Assembly: GCA_020444425.1 (NCBI GenBank)
Contig: JAHLLB010000002.1
Span: 13,250 to 77,249 of the forward strand
DNA: 64,000 bases
From: a bacterium
Lineage (GTDB): Bacteria > Electryoneota > Electryoneia > Electryoneales > Electryoneaceae
Direction of reading: 5' to 3'
Below, one piece after another: positions 12,501 to 20,982 of this stretch (positions within the stretch are counted from its first letter, which is position 1; each line of letters begins with the position of its first letter). Position numbers and translations under genes: made by a program. Below the pieces are notes generated by a model. The model made no database searches. It was not told the origin of the DNA and worked only from the letters and a program-made list of their open reading frames with translations.

Positions 12501-12679
12501 TTCGCCGCCTTGTAGCCCTGCACCAGTCCGCTGACACGGTTACGGTCGGTGAACGCGAGGGCGGCATGACCGGCTTCGGCAGAGGCCTGAGCGAGTTCTT
12601 TGACCGTGCCCGCGCCTTCGTGGAAGGAATACGGTGTGTGTACGTGCAACGGGACGATATGGGTAGCGTCGAGGGGCAT
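9512..12679 (-). CDS. dnaE2: Error-prone DNA polymerase III alpha subunit (DnaE2/ImuC-like)
   Basis: PHP motifs (LHVHTPYS, TDRN), GRGSAANS, FERFLN, PPDIDLD, HAGG, GLVKIDLL and GYSFCKAH, plus a C-terminal OB fold. It lies downstream of an ImuB-like gene. Confidence 0.9.
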   Translation of the reverse strand: MPLDATHIVPLHVHTPYSFHEGAGTVKELAQASAEAGHAALAFTDRNRVSGLVQGYKAAKANEIRPVLGLLLDEPGDPSRTMLLWAKDATGYAAICRAASARQLEQDFRLSHAIRELGEGVIAASDRPDLLMALREQLTPGDVYANLIAFDNPHTRDHARRTWDAGRSLSLPFIATAPVTHVHPEQRETVRLLRAIGERTVLSRQGDHQLGHALVDIPHLYDCFASVPEALHNTASLAERCDVDLRLGELKFPAPHLPDGVEAFDELRHRAERGSRERYGPAPPDAVRERLAYELGVIDHLGFTGYMLVVHDIARKAWARGVRTLGRGSAANSMVCYCLRLTDICPLKYDLYFERFLNPERSSPPDIDLDFSWRDRDDILHGVYDTYGDDHVAMIATYVTFAARAALHETALAYGMPEEEIGRITRHIPHFSHPSSLAALKDETPECRNLPLDKEPWLSIANAAQTILSLPRHLSIHAGGIVITPTPITDWSALERANKGFVITHYDMYSVEDLGLVKIDLLSQRSLGVLKDTCSMVRRNGDGLNPLVDDTETVFRDVPTRTMLRTGKTMGVFYVESPGMIALLQKLDCDNFEGLVAASSVIRPGVSESGMMEQYIERVNDPSKATYLHPKMKTLLAETHSVMIYQEDVIKVAHHIAGLPLGRADLLRRAMSGKGRSHEAMRKLREEFRLGCHERGVTPKIADELWRQIESFAGYSFCKAHSASFAVLSMQLAYLKAYHPAEFYAAVLANGGGYYSQAAYVTDAKRNGLQVLLPHINRSEREHFGKNQTIQLGLRGVGALRDETLDLILQNRRELGPFRHLGDFIMRIRPARDEAEALIACGALDGLGVNRPTLLRNLRAGFDAYRNGPGPLAIDADDLFTHLPPSDDWTEQQKYMAERKVLGFSPGTHPLALLDLPDRGCIPSREMGSYCGQHVNMIGWAYSHKRITTRKNKQQMEFIAMEDLTGRFEVTVFPRVYERHAPILRGNGPYLVHGLIEEHHGVFSMTADWVQLIETESSFNGHAREVPRLGISQQHEGPREALQYGSGGRSFKRAK

Positions 12680-12698
12680 GGGATTCCAGACAGAGAGT

Positions 12699-12820
12699 TG
12701 AGGGTGTCATCCTGAACGAAATGAAAAATCTGCGTTCCAGATGATCCGCTCTTGAGTTGTTATGAAGTCGTTCCAACCAGATTCTTCACATCGCCGGGCG
12801 ATGTTCAGAATGACACCTCA
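12699..12820. repeat. MITE/REP-like element with long imperfect terminal inverted repeats (TGTCAT...ATGACA type)
   Basis: Left arm TGAGGGTGTCATCCTGAACGAAATGAAAAATCTG; right arm CAGATTCTTCACATCGCCGGGCGATGTTCAGAATGACACCTCA. Confidence 0.65.
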
Positions 12821-12875
12821 TTCAGACAGAGTGTGCTGTCATCAGGATTTGGTGCGAAAATGTGTTCCGGGCGGT

Positions 12876-12910
12876 GTCTCACGTCTCATGTCTCAAATCT
12901 CGTATCTGCT
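12876..12910. repeat. Heptamer tandem repeat (GTCTCAN)
   Basis: GTCTCAC GTCTCAT GTCTCAA ATCTCGT ATCTGCT, right after the imuB-like stop. Confidence 0.6.
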
Positions 12911-12911
12911 C

Positions 12912-14033
12912 CTACACCACATAGCGCACGAGATCCCGCCCCCAGCGGTCGCGGACACGCGTGACGGCGTGTGTCAGCTCGCGGTCACGGAACTGGCGTT
13001 GCGCGGGTACGAACAGGGAGAGCTGGCTGGACGGCCTGCCGCGCCAGTCCACGGACAACCGGACTTCAGAGAGACGGACGCGTCGTGTCCACAGCGCTTC
13101 CACTTGTTCCCGCGCCAGTTTCTGCCAGCTGCCTTCGTGTTCGGGGCGATTCGTGCTGAGCCGCGCGCCGCTGCGTTTGCCGTCGGTGTAACAGAGAGTC
13201 AGCAGCATCGCCCGGGGTGTTTGTCCGAGGTGGACGAGCACATGCGCCAATCCATCCGCGACGAGCCGTTCGACTGCGCGTCGCACCCGTGCGAGATTCG
13301 CCGTGTCACCGCCGAGACGTTGCCGTCCGCGCCACTGTTGCGGTGCCGGTCCGCGCATACCGAGGGCCGCGATCCGGCGCAACGCCGGTCCATCCGGCCC
13401 GAGCAGGGCGCGTAACACATCCGGCGGCAGAGTTAACAGGTTCCCGAACCGGTGCACACCGATTTCCGCCAGTGCCGCGAGTTGCAACGCGCTGAGATCC
13501 GGCAGCAAGCGCAGTGGTTGCGGCGCGAGGAACTCACGGACACCGTGTTCCGGAACTTCGAGCGTTTCACCCACCGGCGCGATGGACGCCGCAATTTCCG
13601 CGACCGCATCCCCCGGTGCGATCCCCAACGCAACCTCGTACCTGAGTGCGTGCAGCTGATTGGCTGCTCGTTCGAGTGCCGTGTGCAGGAACCGCCGTCC
13701 CCGTGACCACAGCGCCTGCACCACGCCTGGACGGATCACGTACGGATCCGGCAGATCCTGCGACAACTGGTGGAGCAGTTGCTGTTCCCCGGAGATGTAT
13801 CGTTCCGGGTTGGCGTGGGTAATTTCGCCGCGGAATCCGTGTAACCTCCCGATTCGCATGCCGGGACGAGCACCCTGTACCACAGCCAACGGGCACGCGG
13901 AGAGGATCAAGGATCGATCGCCCTCCCCGGTGCAGACCAGCAGTGGACAGTCGTCCGGCAGATGCTGCAGCCGTCGCTCAAGCAGAGCGTAGAATCCCGG
14001 AATCCGGAGGACGATATGTGTGTTGTTCAGCAT
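12912..14033 (-). CDS. Catalytically degenerate Y-family polymerase (ImuB/DinB-like) with beta-clamp motif
   Basis: Y-family order of motifs (IPGFYA, GARPGM, LGIAP, FLAPQPL, IGV..FGNL) but without the DMDAF and SIDE acidic residues. C-terminal SQLSLF then RVRDRWG. Confidence 0.8.
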   Translation of the reverse strand: MLNNTHIVLRIPGFYALLERRLQHLPDDCPLLVCTGEGDRSLILSACPLAVVQGARPGMRIGRLHGFRGEITHANPERYISGEQQLLHQLSQDLPDPYVIRPGVVQALWSRGRRFLHTALERAANQLHALRYEVALGIAPGDAVAEIAASIAPVGETLEVPEHGVREFLAPQPLRLLPDLSALQLAALAEIGVHRFGNLLTLPPDVLRALLGPDGPALRRIAALGMRGPAPQQWRGRQRLGGDTANLARVRRAVERLVADGLAHVLVHLGQTPRAMLLTLCYTDGKRSGARLSTNRPEHEGSWQKLAREQVEALWTRRVRLSEVRLSVDWRGRPSSQLSLFVPAQRQFRDRELTHAVTRVRDRWGRDLVRYVV

Positions 14034-14039
14034 GGCGAC

Positions 14040-14068
14040 AAGATACTGAACATCCGTTCAATTTGCAA
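14040..14068 (-). promoter_or_regulatory. Sigma70 promoter with a LexA-type GAAC-N4-GTTC box in the spacer; likely leaderless
   Basis: The minus strand reads TTGCAA-17bp-TATCTT-6bp-ATG. The palindrome TGAACATCCGTTCA lies at 14047-14060. Confidence 0.75.
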
Positions 14069-14184
14069 GGGGAAATGATATGCCAGGATCTAAGGAATCG
14101 GTTGTGGTGAAGGGAATTCGACGGTTGGAGCCGGGAGAGCATGCGATCTCGCGAGACTGGAAATAGTGATGATTTTGCGCATTA

Positions 14185-14200
14185 GATAATGTAGATTATC
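14185..14200. promoter_or_regulatory. Palindrome upstream of the globin-coupled MCP, possible operator
   Basis: GATAAT-GTAG-ATTATC. Confidence 0.35.
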
Positions 14201-14241
14201 GACAATTGGCAAAAGTCGGGTGATCGTTACCGGGGCAGGGT

Positions 14242-16053
14242 ATGTTTGGTAAAGACCGCAAACGCGCCACGCAAGATCTGGTGATGCAGGAGTTAAAAAC
14301 TGTTGGCGCGGAAACACCGTCGAAGCAGCGGCAGTACCGCAAGGGTACGATCAAGCTGAGCGATGCGAAGCTGGTTGAACGACTCCGTTTTCACGGCCTC
14401 TCGGAAGAGGATCTTGGAGTGATCGCGACGTGGGAGCCCACCTGCCGCAAGGTGTCGGACAAACTCGTCGACATCTTCTACGATCGTGTTCTGAAGCAGC
14501 CGGAGACGAAAGCGATTCTGCTCAAGTATTCATCCGTCGAGAAGCAGCGTCCCCGATTGACGAAATACGTTCTCACCCTCTTCTCTGGTGTAATCGACGA
14601 CTCGTACATCGCATTCCGTGTTCACGTCGGAAAAATGCATGACGACATCGACCTGGATTCGAACTGGTATGTCGCGATGTACGAAATTATCCGGCAGGTG
14701 CTGGTGCAGGCGGTACGTGACGATGGCGCGACAGACGGCGAGGCGCAGCGCTTCGCCGATGCGTTGAACCGGCTGATCCAGGTTGACATTGCGTTGGTTA
14801 CCACTGCGCTTGGCGATTCACGGATGGGCAAGATTCACGCGCTACGCAAGAAGCAGGCGGAAACAATGCAGAGCCTGATCAATGAACTGATCGGTGCCGC
14901 GCGTGAAGGGAAGCTCAGCACCCGAGTCAACCCGGACAAGTACGAGGGCGAGGTCCGCACATTCGTCATCGCGGTCAACGAGATGCTCGACGCGATTGTC
15001 AAGCCGGTACAGGAAGCGTCAACAGTTTTGCGCCGGATTGCGGACCAGGATCTGACCGCACGTGTCGAGGGCGCATATCTCGGCGATCATGCGCTGATCA
15101 AGGACGCATTGAACAAGGCGACGGCGAAGCTGCAAAGCGCGTTGATTGAGGTCGGCAGCGCGGTCGATGAGGTGAATACTGGCTCCACGCAGGTCGCGTT
15201 GGCCAGCCAGTCACTTTCGGATGGATCGACTCAGCAGGCGAGTTCGCTGGAAGAGATCAGTTCCACGATGGACCAGATCACATCCCAGACTCGTCAGACG
15301 GCGGACAATTCGTCAGAAGCGCAGGCGCTGAGCGTGGATGCGCGTTCCGGTGCCGAAGAGGGCAACCGCCGGATGAAGGAGATGTTGGATGCGATGCACG
15401 AGATTAACGAAGCGTCCAGCAAGATTTCGAAGATCATCAAGGTGATTGATGAAATCGCGTTCCAGACCAACCTGCTGGCGTTGAATGCGGCGGTCGAGGC
15501 GGCGCGTGCCGGTGTACACGGCAAGGGTTTCGCGGTGGTCGCGGAAGAGGTGCGCAACCTGGCCGGCCGCAGTGCCCGGGCCGCCAAGGAAACTACCGAG
15601 CTGATCGAAGGTTCGTTGTCCAAGGTCGAGAAGGGGTACGAACTGGCGAATGAGACCGCCACCTCTTTGGGTGCGATCGTGGAATCGGTGACCAAGATGA
15701 CCGACATCATCAGCGAAATCGCGAGTGCATCTCGTGAACAGGCGTCCGGCATCGATCAGATGAACGCCGCGCTGGTGCAGATCGGTGAGGTGACACAGGG
15801 CAACGCGGCAAACTCGGAAGAATCCGCGGCAGCGTCGGAAGAGTTGTCCGGGCAGGCGATGCAATTGCAGAGGATGGTGAACAATTTCGAGCTGGGTATC
15901 GGCAGGAAACACCTGTCTCAGCAGAAGAAGCCGCAGCAACGGCCCGGTGGGAATGCACAACGGTCCGCGATGACCGGCTCGCAATCCCCGGCCTCGCAGC
16001 GGAAGAAAACACCGGCGATCAAGTTGGATGACGACGACTTCGGTGGATTCTGA
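14242..16053 (+). CDS. Cytoplasmic globin-coupled methyl-accepting chemotaxis protein (HemAT-like sensor plus HAMP plus MCP signalling domain)
   Basis: Sensor globin motifs ([13 protein letters not shown]...WYVAMY), no TM helix, [36 protein letters not shown], and a C-terminal DFGGF pentapeptide. Confidence 0.9.
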   Translation: MFGKDRKRATQDLVMQELKTVGAETPSKQRQYRKGTIKLSDAKLVERLRFHGLSEEDLGVIATWEPTCRKVSDKLVDIFYDRVLKQPETKAILLKYSSVEKQRPRLTKYVLTLFSGVIDDSYIAFRVHVGKMHDDIDLDSNWYVAMYEIIRQVLVQAVRDDGATDGEAQRFADALNRLIQVDIALVTTALGDSRMGKIHALRKKQAETMQSLINELIGAAREGKLSTRVNPDKYEGEVRTFVIAVNEMLDAIVKPVQEASTVLRRIADQDLTARVEGAYLGDHALIKDALNKATAKLQSALIEVGSAVDEVNTGSTQVALASQSLSDGSTQQASSLEEISSTMDQITSQTRQTADNSSEAQALSVDARSGAEEGNRRMKEMLDAMHEINEASSKISKIIKVIDEIAFQTNLLALNAAVEAARAGVHGKGFAVVAEEVRNLAGRSARAAKETTELIEGSLSKVEKGYELANETATSLGAIVESVTKMTDIISEIASASREQASGIDQMNAALVQIGEVTQGNAANSEESAAASEELSGQAMQLQRMVNNFELGIGRKHLSQQKKPQQRPGGNAQRSAMTGSQSPASQRKKTPAIKLDDDDFGGF

Positions 16054-16084
16054 TCGTTGATCGAACGCGAAAACCGTGAACAGG

Positions 16085-16117
16085 CAGCTCATCCGATGGG
16101 ATGGGCTGTTTTCATTT
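16085..16117 (+). terminator. Intrinsic terminator of the MCP gene
   Basis: CAGCTCATCC-GATG-GGATGGGCTG-TTTTCATTT. Confidence 0.7.
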
Positions 16118-16126
16118 CGTCCGTCG

Positions 16127-16549
16127 CTACTGATCCGGGATCAACCGCTTACCCATCGACACGACGGCGTCGACCTTGTACCCGACCCGTTCGTAGAACT
16201 CGATGGCGGCGCGGTTGGTCTCTCGAACCTGCAGGTTCAGTTTCGGACAGCCGCGCTCAAGCAATAGTTGTTCGAGTGCGGCCATCATCTGGCGTCCCAA
16301 TCCCCGGTGGCGATGGTCCGGGTTGACGGCGAGGTAGTTGACCCAGCCCCGGTGGCCGTCGTAGCCCCCCATCGCACTGGCGACGACCTCAGTCCCGTCC
16401 ACTCCGACGAGAAACAGTTCTGACTGCACGGTTCGTTTGCGTGCGATATCCTTTGCCGGATCGTTCCACGGGACCGTTAACCCGCAAAGTTCCCACAGCC
16501 GCACGACGGCATCCCGGTCGGTGTCCTGATACGGTCGAATTTGTATCAT
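16127..16549 (-). CDS. GNAT acetyltransferase (YpeA-like)
   Basis: GYDGHRGWVNYLAV.P.HR.RGLG and GCPKLNLQVR..N..A..FY..VGY motifs. Confidence 0.88.
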   Translation of the reverse strand: MIQIRPYQDTDRDAVVRLWELCGLTVPWNDPAKDIARKRTVQSELFLVGVDGTEVVASAMGGYDGHRGWVNYLAVNPDHRHRGLGRQMMAALEQLLLERGCPKLNLQVRETNRAAIEFYERVGYKVDAVVSMGKRLIPDQ

Positions 16550-16566
16550 CGGTAGTTTCCCCCACA

Positions 16567-16596
16567 TAAAAAAGGCTCCGGAAATCCGGAGCCTTT
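16567..16596 (-). terminator. Intrinsic terminator of the RND operon
   Basis: AAAGGCTCCGGA-N2-TCCGGAGCCTTT with a U-tract on the minus strand. Confidence 0.8.
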
Positions 16597-16608
16597 GTGA
16601 ACGTCAGG

Positions 16609-19600
16609 TTACGAAACCGTTTCTCCGGCAGCTATCCGTTTCTTCTCCCCTTTTAATTCCATCGCAACGAAGAGAACGGGGATCACGAACAGGCCGAGTG
16701 CGGTCGAGACCAGCAGGCCGCCAATCGCGACGACGGCCATCGGTGCGCGGAATTCACCACCGGCACCGATACCCAGTGCCAACGGCATCATCCCCAGTGC
16801 GGTCGCCAGCGAGCTCATCAGAATCGGACGCAGCCGAACCGGGCAGGCTGTCAGAACGGCATCCACCAGCCCGTTCCCGTCACGGCGCAGTTCCTGCGTG
16901 TAGTCGATCAGCAGAATCCCGTTGTTGACCACGATCCCTACGAGCATCACGATTGCCATCAGGGAGAACATTGAGATGCTCATGCCGGTCATCACCAATC
17001 CCATCGACACACCGATCAGCGCCAGCGGCAACGTCATCATGATGATCAACGGGAAGCGGTAGCTTTCCAGGATCGCCGCGAGCAGCATGTAGGTCAGTAC
17101 GATAGCCAGCACCAGTGCCTGCAGCAGGCTGGTGAACGAAGACGCCATGTTCTCGGCATCACCGCCGAAGTACACATTGACCCCATCCGGCAGTAACGGA
17201 CTCGGAACCGGGATGGTGCTGCTTTCACCTCGCAGGATGTCCTTCATCAACTGCGCCGGATCGGTCGCCGGAAGTCGCATCACTTCCGCGATCTGAGTCT
17301 GCAGTTCACCTGTGGTGATGTTCACCGAGTTTGCCGACACCGTGACCATGCGCAGCTTGTTCTTGCGATTGATCTGGGTCGGACCCGTGCCGTAACGGAT
17401 GTCCGCCACTGCTTTCAGCGGGATGAAGCCGTTCGGTGCCTGAACCAGGAGGTCTTCCAGTGATTCGACACGGTTGCGCTCTTCCTCCCGAAGCTGCACG
17501 CGGATATCATACTCCTCGCCCGCTTCACGGAACGTGGTTTCGGTCGCACCCTCGAAGAACGTTCGCAGCACTCCCGCGATTTCCTGCACGGAAACGCCAC
17601 GGTCCGCCATTTTAATACGGTCCGGCCGGACGACGATTTCCGGCTTGCCGGTTTCCCAGTCGCTGCGAACATCAACGGCGTTCCCCGTGCTGCGGATCAG
17701 CTCGATGGTCTTGTCAGCCGCTTCGACGAGATCGTCCTGGTCCCGTCCCTGTAGCTGGATCTGGATGTCGGCGCTGGAGCCGCCGCCGAACTGCGTCGCT
17801 TCCATGACGAGGATTTCTGCTGCCGGTACATCGGCCAGCCGCCCGCGTAGTTCCTTCACGACTTCGCTGGTCGGCGGGTAGTTGTTGTTCTCAACGTCCG
17901 CAAGAGTGGCGAACACGTAGCCGTACTGCACACCAGTTGCACTGCCAAGGTCGTCTCCACCGCTCTGTCCCAACGCAGTGTACAGGGATTTGACTTCCGG
18001 GTACGCGGAGACTTCTTCTTCCACGCGCTGCAGCACACGGTCGGTTTCTTCCAGCCGTGAGCCGGCGGGCATTTCCACCGCGACCCGCAGCCGGCGTTCA
18101 TCGTAACTCGGGAAGAACTCACTGCCGATGAAGCTGAACAGGAACAAACCGAACACGAAGATCAGGCTGGTCAAGCCGAGAATGATGAAACGGTGTTTGA
18201 TCGCCCAACTCAGTCCAATGCGGTAATCACTGGCCAGTTCGTTGTACCATTTGTCCCAGCCACGTGCGAAGGCCTTCACCCCGCCCAGCTTGTCCGCCAG
18301 TGCGATCAGCGCCACGACTCCCGCGACCACGGCTGCCGTGATCGGACCAAGAATGATCCACACGGCTGCCAGGGTGAGCAGCGCAACGAAGGCGTACGTC
18401 TTCGCTTTCAGTTTCTGCGACGCCATCATCGGTGTTAAGGTGAAGCTGACCAACAGGCTGAAGATCGTCGCAAACGCAACCGTCAACCCGAACTGACGGA
18501 AGATCGGCCCGATAATGCCCGCCATGAACGCCATTGGAGTGAAGACCACGATGTTCGTGAGGGTTGCCGCCGAGACGGCCACCGCAATCTGCCCGGTGCC
18601 CTTGCTGGCCGCTTCCCTGAGCGAGAGTCCTTCCTCTCGCAAGCGCTCGATATTTTCGAGCACCACGATAGCGTTCACCACGAGAATTCCGACCGAGATC
18701 GCCAGTCCCATCAGGCTCATCACGTTAATCGTGAAGTTGGCGGCCTCGAGCAGAGTGAACGTGGACACAATCGAAATCGGCATTGCCACTGCGGCGATGA
18801 CCGTACCACGCCAGCTGTGCAGGAAGAGGAACAACACCAGCGCCGTGAACAGGATTCCGAGCACGAGGTTTCCGGACACATCCGCGACTGAGTCACGGAT
18901 GAACTTGCTGGAATCTGAGGCGATTTTGATGTCAACACCGGCGGGCATCATCTTCTGCAGGCGCTCAACCGTCGAGAAAATGTCGTCCGCCACCTGAACC
19001 GTGTTCGCGTCGGAACGTTTGACGAGGTTCAGCCCAATGGACGGTGTCCCGTTGAATCGCGCCAACTCTCGCATCTCCGCGAAATCGTCAACGACGTTCG
19101 CGATCGCATCGAGCCTGATCGGTCCGGACGCGGTCTGCAGTTGCAGCGCACGGATCTCGTCCACCGCTTCCAGTTCACCTTCGACACGGACGGTGTATTC
19201 GCTGCGGCCCTTTTCAATGCGTCCAGCCGGGATATCGAGGTTCGCAGCTGTCAACGCGCCAACGATCTGCATCGGATTGATCTGGTACGCACGCATCAGC
19301 TTCGTCGAGAGTTCGACGCGAATCTCGCGTTCCTTCTCGCCGATGACGTCCACATTCGCCAGTCCCGGAATCTTCTGCAATTCCGGACGGATCTGCTGAT
19401 CCACCAGCAGATACAGGTCTTCCAGCGGCAGGTCACCAATGACGGCCAGGTTGACAATCGCGGACGCACCCATATCGAACTTCTGCACGATCGGGTCCTG
19501 GATGTCGTCCGGCAGGTCGTTGCGGATTGCGTCAACCTTGTCTTTGATGTCAATCGCCCGGATGTCGACATCCTCACCGAGCTGCAGCTCGATCAGGGTG

Positions 19601-19869
19601 ACAGACACCCCTTCCTGCGCAATGGAATAGATCGTTTTCACGCCGGATACACTGCTTGCGGCATCTTCCAGCGGTTCCGCCAGCAGCGTTTCAATTTCTT
19701 CCGGACCGGCGCCGGGGTACACGGTCGTTACCGTGACGAACGGGAAATCGATCTCGGGAAACAGGTCGATACCCAGACGTGTCAGGCTGAACAGGCCGAT
19801 GACGACGAAGGTGAAAATCACCATCGTCATCAACACCGGGCGCTTGATGGATAAATCAGCCAGTACCAT
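16609..19869 (-). CDS. RND efflux permease (AcrB/AcrD/AcrF family)
   Basis: SIKRPV, YPGAGPEEIE, AIVVLENI, GIVVNNGILL and RLRPILM motifs; 12+ TM segments. Confidence 0.95.
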   Translation of the reverse strand: MVLADLSIKRPVLMTMVIFTFVVIGLFSLTRLGIDLFPEIDFPFVTVTTVYPGAGPEEIETLLAEPLEDAASSVSGVKTIYSIAQEGVSVTLIELQLGEDVDIRAIDIKDKVDAIRNDLPDDIQDPIVQKFDMGASAIVNLAVIGDLPLEDLYLLVDQQIRPELQKIPGLANVDVIGEKEREIRVELSTKLMRAYQINPMQIVGALTAANLDIPAGRIEKGRSEYTVRVEGELEAVDEIRALQLQTASGPIRLDAIANVVDDFAEMRELARFNGTPSIGLNLVKRSDANTVQVADDIFSTVERLQKMMPAGVDIKIASDSSKFIRDSVADVSGNLVLGILFTALVLFLFLHSWRGTVIAAVAMPISIVSTFTLLEAANFTINVMSLMGLAISVGILVVNAIVVLENIERLREEGLSLREAASKGTGQIAVAVSAATLTNIVVFTPMAFMAGIIGPIFRQFGLTVAFATIFSLLVSFTLTPMMASQKLKAKTYAFVALLTLAAVWIILGPITAAVVAGVVALIALADKLGGVKAFARGWDKWYNELASDYRIGLSWAIKHRFIILGLTSLIFVFGLFLFSFIGSEFFPSYDERRLRVAVEMPAGSRLEETDRVLQRVEEEVSAYPEVKSLYTALGQSGGDDLGSATGVQYGYVFATLADVENNNYPPTSEVVKELRGRLADVPAAEILVMEATQFGGGSSADIQIQLQGRDQDDLVEAADKTIELIRSTGNAVDVRSDWETGKPEIVVRPDRIKMADRGVSVQEIAGVLRTFFEGATETTFREAGEEYDIRVQLREEERNRVESLEDLLVQAPNGFIPLKAVADIRYGTGPTQINRKNKLRMVTVSANSVNITTGELQTQIAEVMRLPATDPAQLMKDILRGESSTIPVPSPLLPDGVNVYFGGDAENMASSFTSLLQALVLAIVLTYMLLAAILESYRFPLIIMMTLPLALIGVSMGLVMTGMSISMFSLMAIVMLVGIVVNNGILLIDYTQELRRDGNGLVDAVLTACPVRLRPILMSSLATALGMMPLALGIGAGGEFRAPMAVVAIGGLLVSTALGLFVIPVLFVAMELKGEKKRIAAGETVS

Positions 19870-19893
19870 GGAGATATCTGTTCCTGTGAATCT

Positions 19894-20955
19894 TTAGTTG
19901 GATGTCGTCGACGAAACTTCATCGACCAGTTTCACACGTGCACCGTCTTCAAGTGCGGTGTGACCATACGTGGCGACCATGTCTCCATCGCTCAGCCCCT
20001 GCAGGATCTCGACGAGGTCTTCGCCAACAACCCCACGCTGCACCGGCTGCATCTTCGCCGTAGAACCGTCCTTGACGACGAACACGAAGGTTTCGCCATC
20101 TCGTTCCAGGATCGCCTCTGCTGGCACGGCGAGGGCGTTGTCAGCCTCACCGACAACCACTTCGACAGTCGCCAGGACGCCGGGGAAAACGCTCTCCGTC
20201 ACCGGAACGGTTGCGTACACGGTGAACAGACGAGTTTCCGCAGCTGCTGACAAGCTCATGCGGGTAACCTTGCCTTCGATCTTCTCACCATTCAGGGTCA
20301 GTTTTACCGGTTGCCCAACCCGTAGCAGCGGCCGGTCTTCCTGCGTGATATCGAAGCTGACTTCGTAGGCGCCGTCGTTGATGATGGTGACCACCGGGTC
20401 GCCCGGATTTGCCAGGTCGCCTTCGTCAATGTCAATTCGTGCAACAGTACCCGAGATCGGTGCGGTCAGAGACACGGATTCATGCGCCGTGCGGTAGTTT
20501 TCTTCCGCGACTTCGTACCCGAGTTTCGCGAGGTCGAGCTGCTGTTCAGAGATCGCTCCCTCGTCGCGCAAAGCCTTCATGCGATTGAGGTCACGTTTCG
20601 AATTTTCCAGCTGCAACCGTGCCTGGCTGACTGACGCCACGCTGGCGGTGGAGTCGAAGGTGACAAGGGCGTCACCCTTCTTCACCCACTGGCCTTCCTC
20701 GACGTGGACGTCTGCGGCACGTTCCATCAGCCTGGCGGTGACCACGCTTCTGTTCCTGGCTTCGATGGTGCCATAATACGTGCGCAGCACGCGCACATCG
20801 TGACGTGCGACCGGTTGTGCAAATACCGGTATGCCGTCTCGTTGCTGGATATCGTTGATACTCAGCACTTCTTCCGATTCCTGACTACGCAGGATGCCCA
20901 GCACGAGGAACACACCAACGATGGCTATGACAACGAATCCGATGATCTTTTTCAT
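19894..20955 (-). CDS. RND periplasmic adaptor (membrane fusion protein)
   Basis: N-terminal anchor, V.EG..VKKGD.L, APISG.V, VP.EAI and GL..GD motifs. Confidence 0.92.
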   Translation of the reverse strand: MKKIIGFVVIAIVGVFLVLGILRSQESEEVLSINDIQQRDGIPVFAQPVARHDVRVLRTYYGTIEARNRSVVTARLMERAADVHVEEGQWVKKGDALVTFDSTASVASVSQARLQLENSKRDLNRMKALRDEGAISEQQLDLAKLGYEVAEENYRTAHESVSLTAPISGTVARIDIDEGDLANPGDPVVTIINDGAYEVSFDITQEDRPLLRVGQPVKLTLNGEKIEGKVTRMSLSAAAETRLFTVYATVPVTESVFPGVLATVEVVVGEADNALAVPAEAILERDGETFVFVVKDGSTAKMQPVQRGVVGEDLVEILQGLSDGDMVATYGHTALEDGARVKLVDEVSSTTSN

Positions 20956-20982
20956 GAATCGTCCGTAAAAGCTAGACTTCTG

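Noticed and set aside
14185-14200. Fur box upstream of the globin MCP
   Set aside because: The GATAAT/ATTATC half-sites are 4 bp apart, which fits neither the 7-1-7 nor the 9-1-9 Fur geometry. Kept only as an unassigned palindrome.
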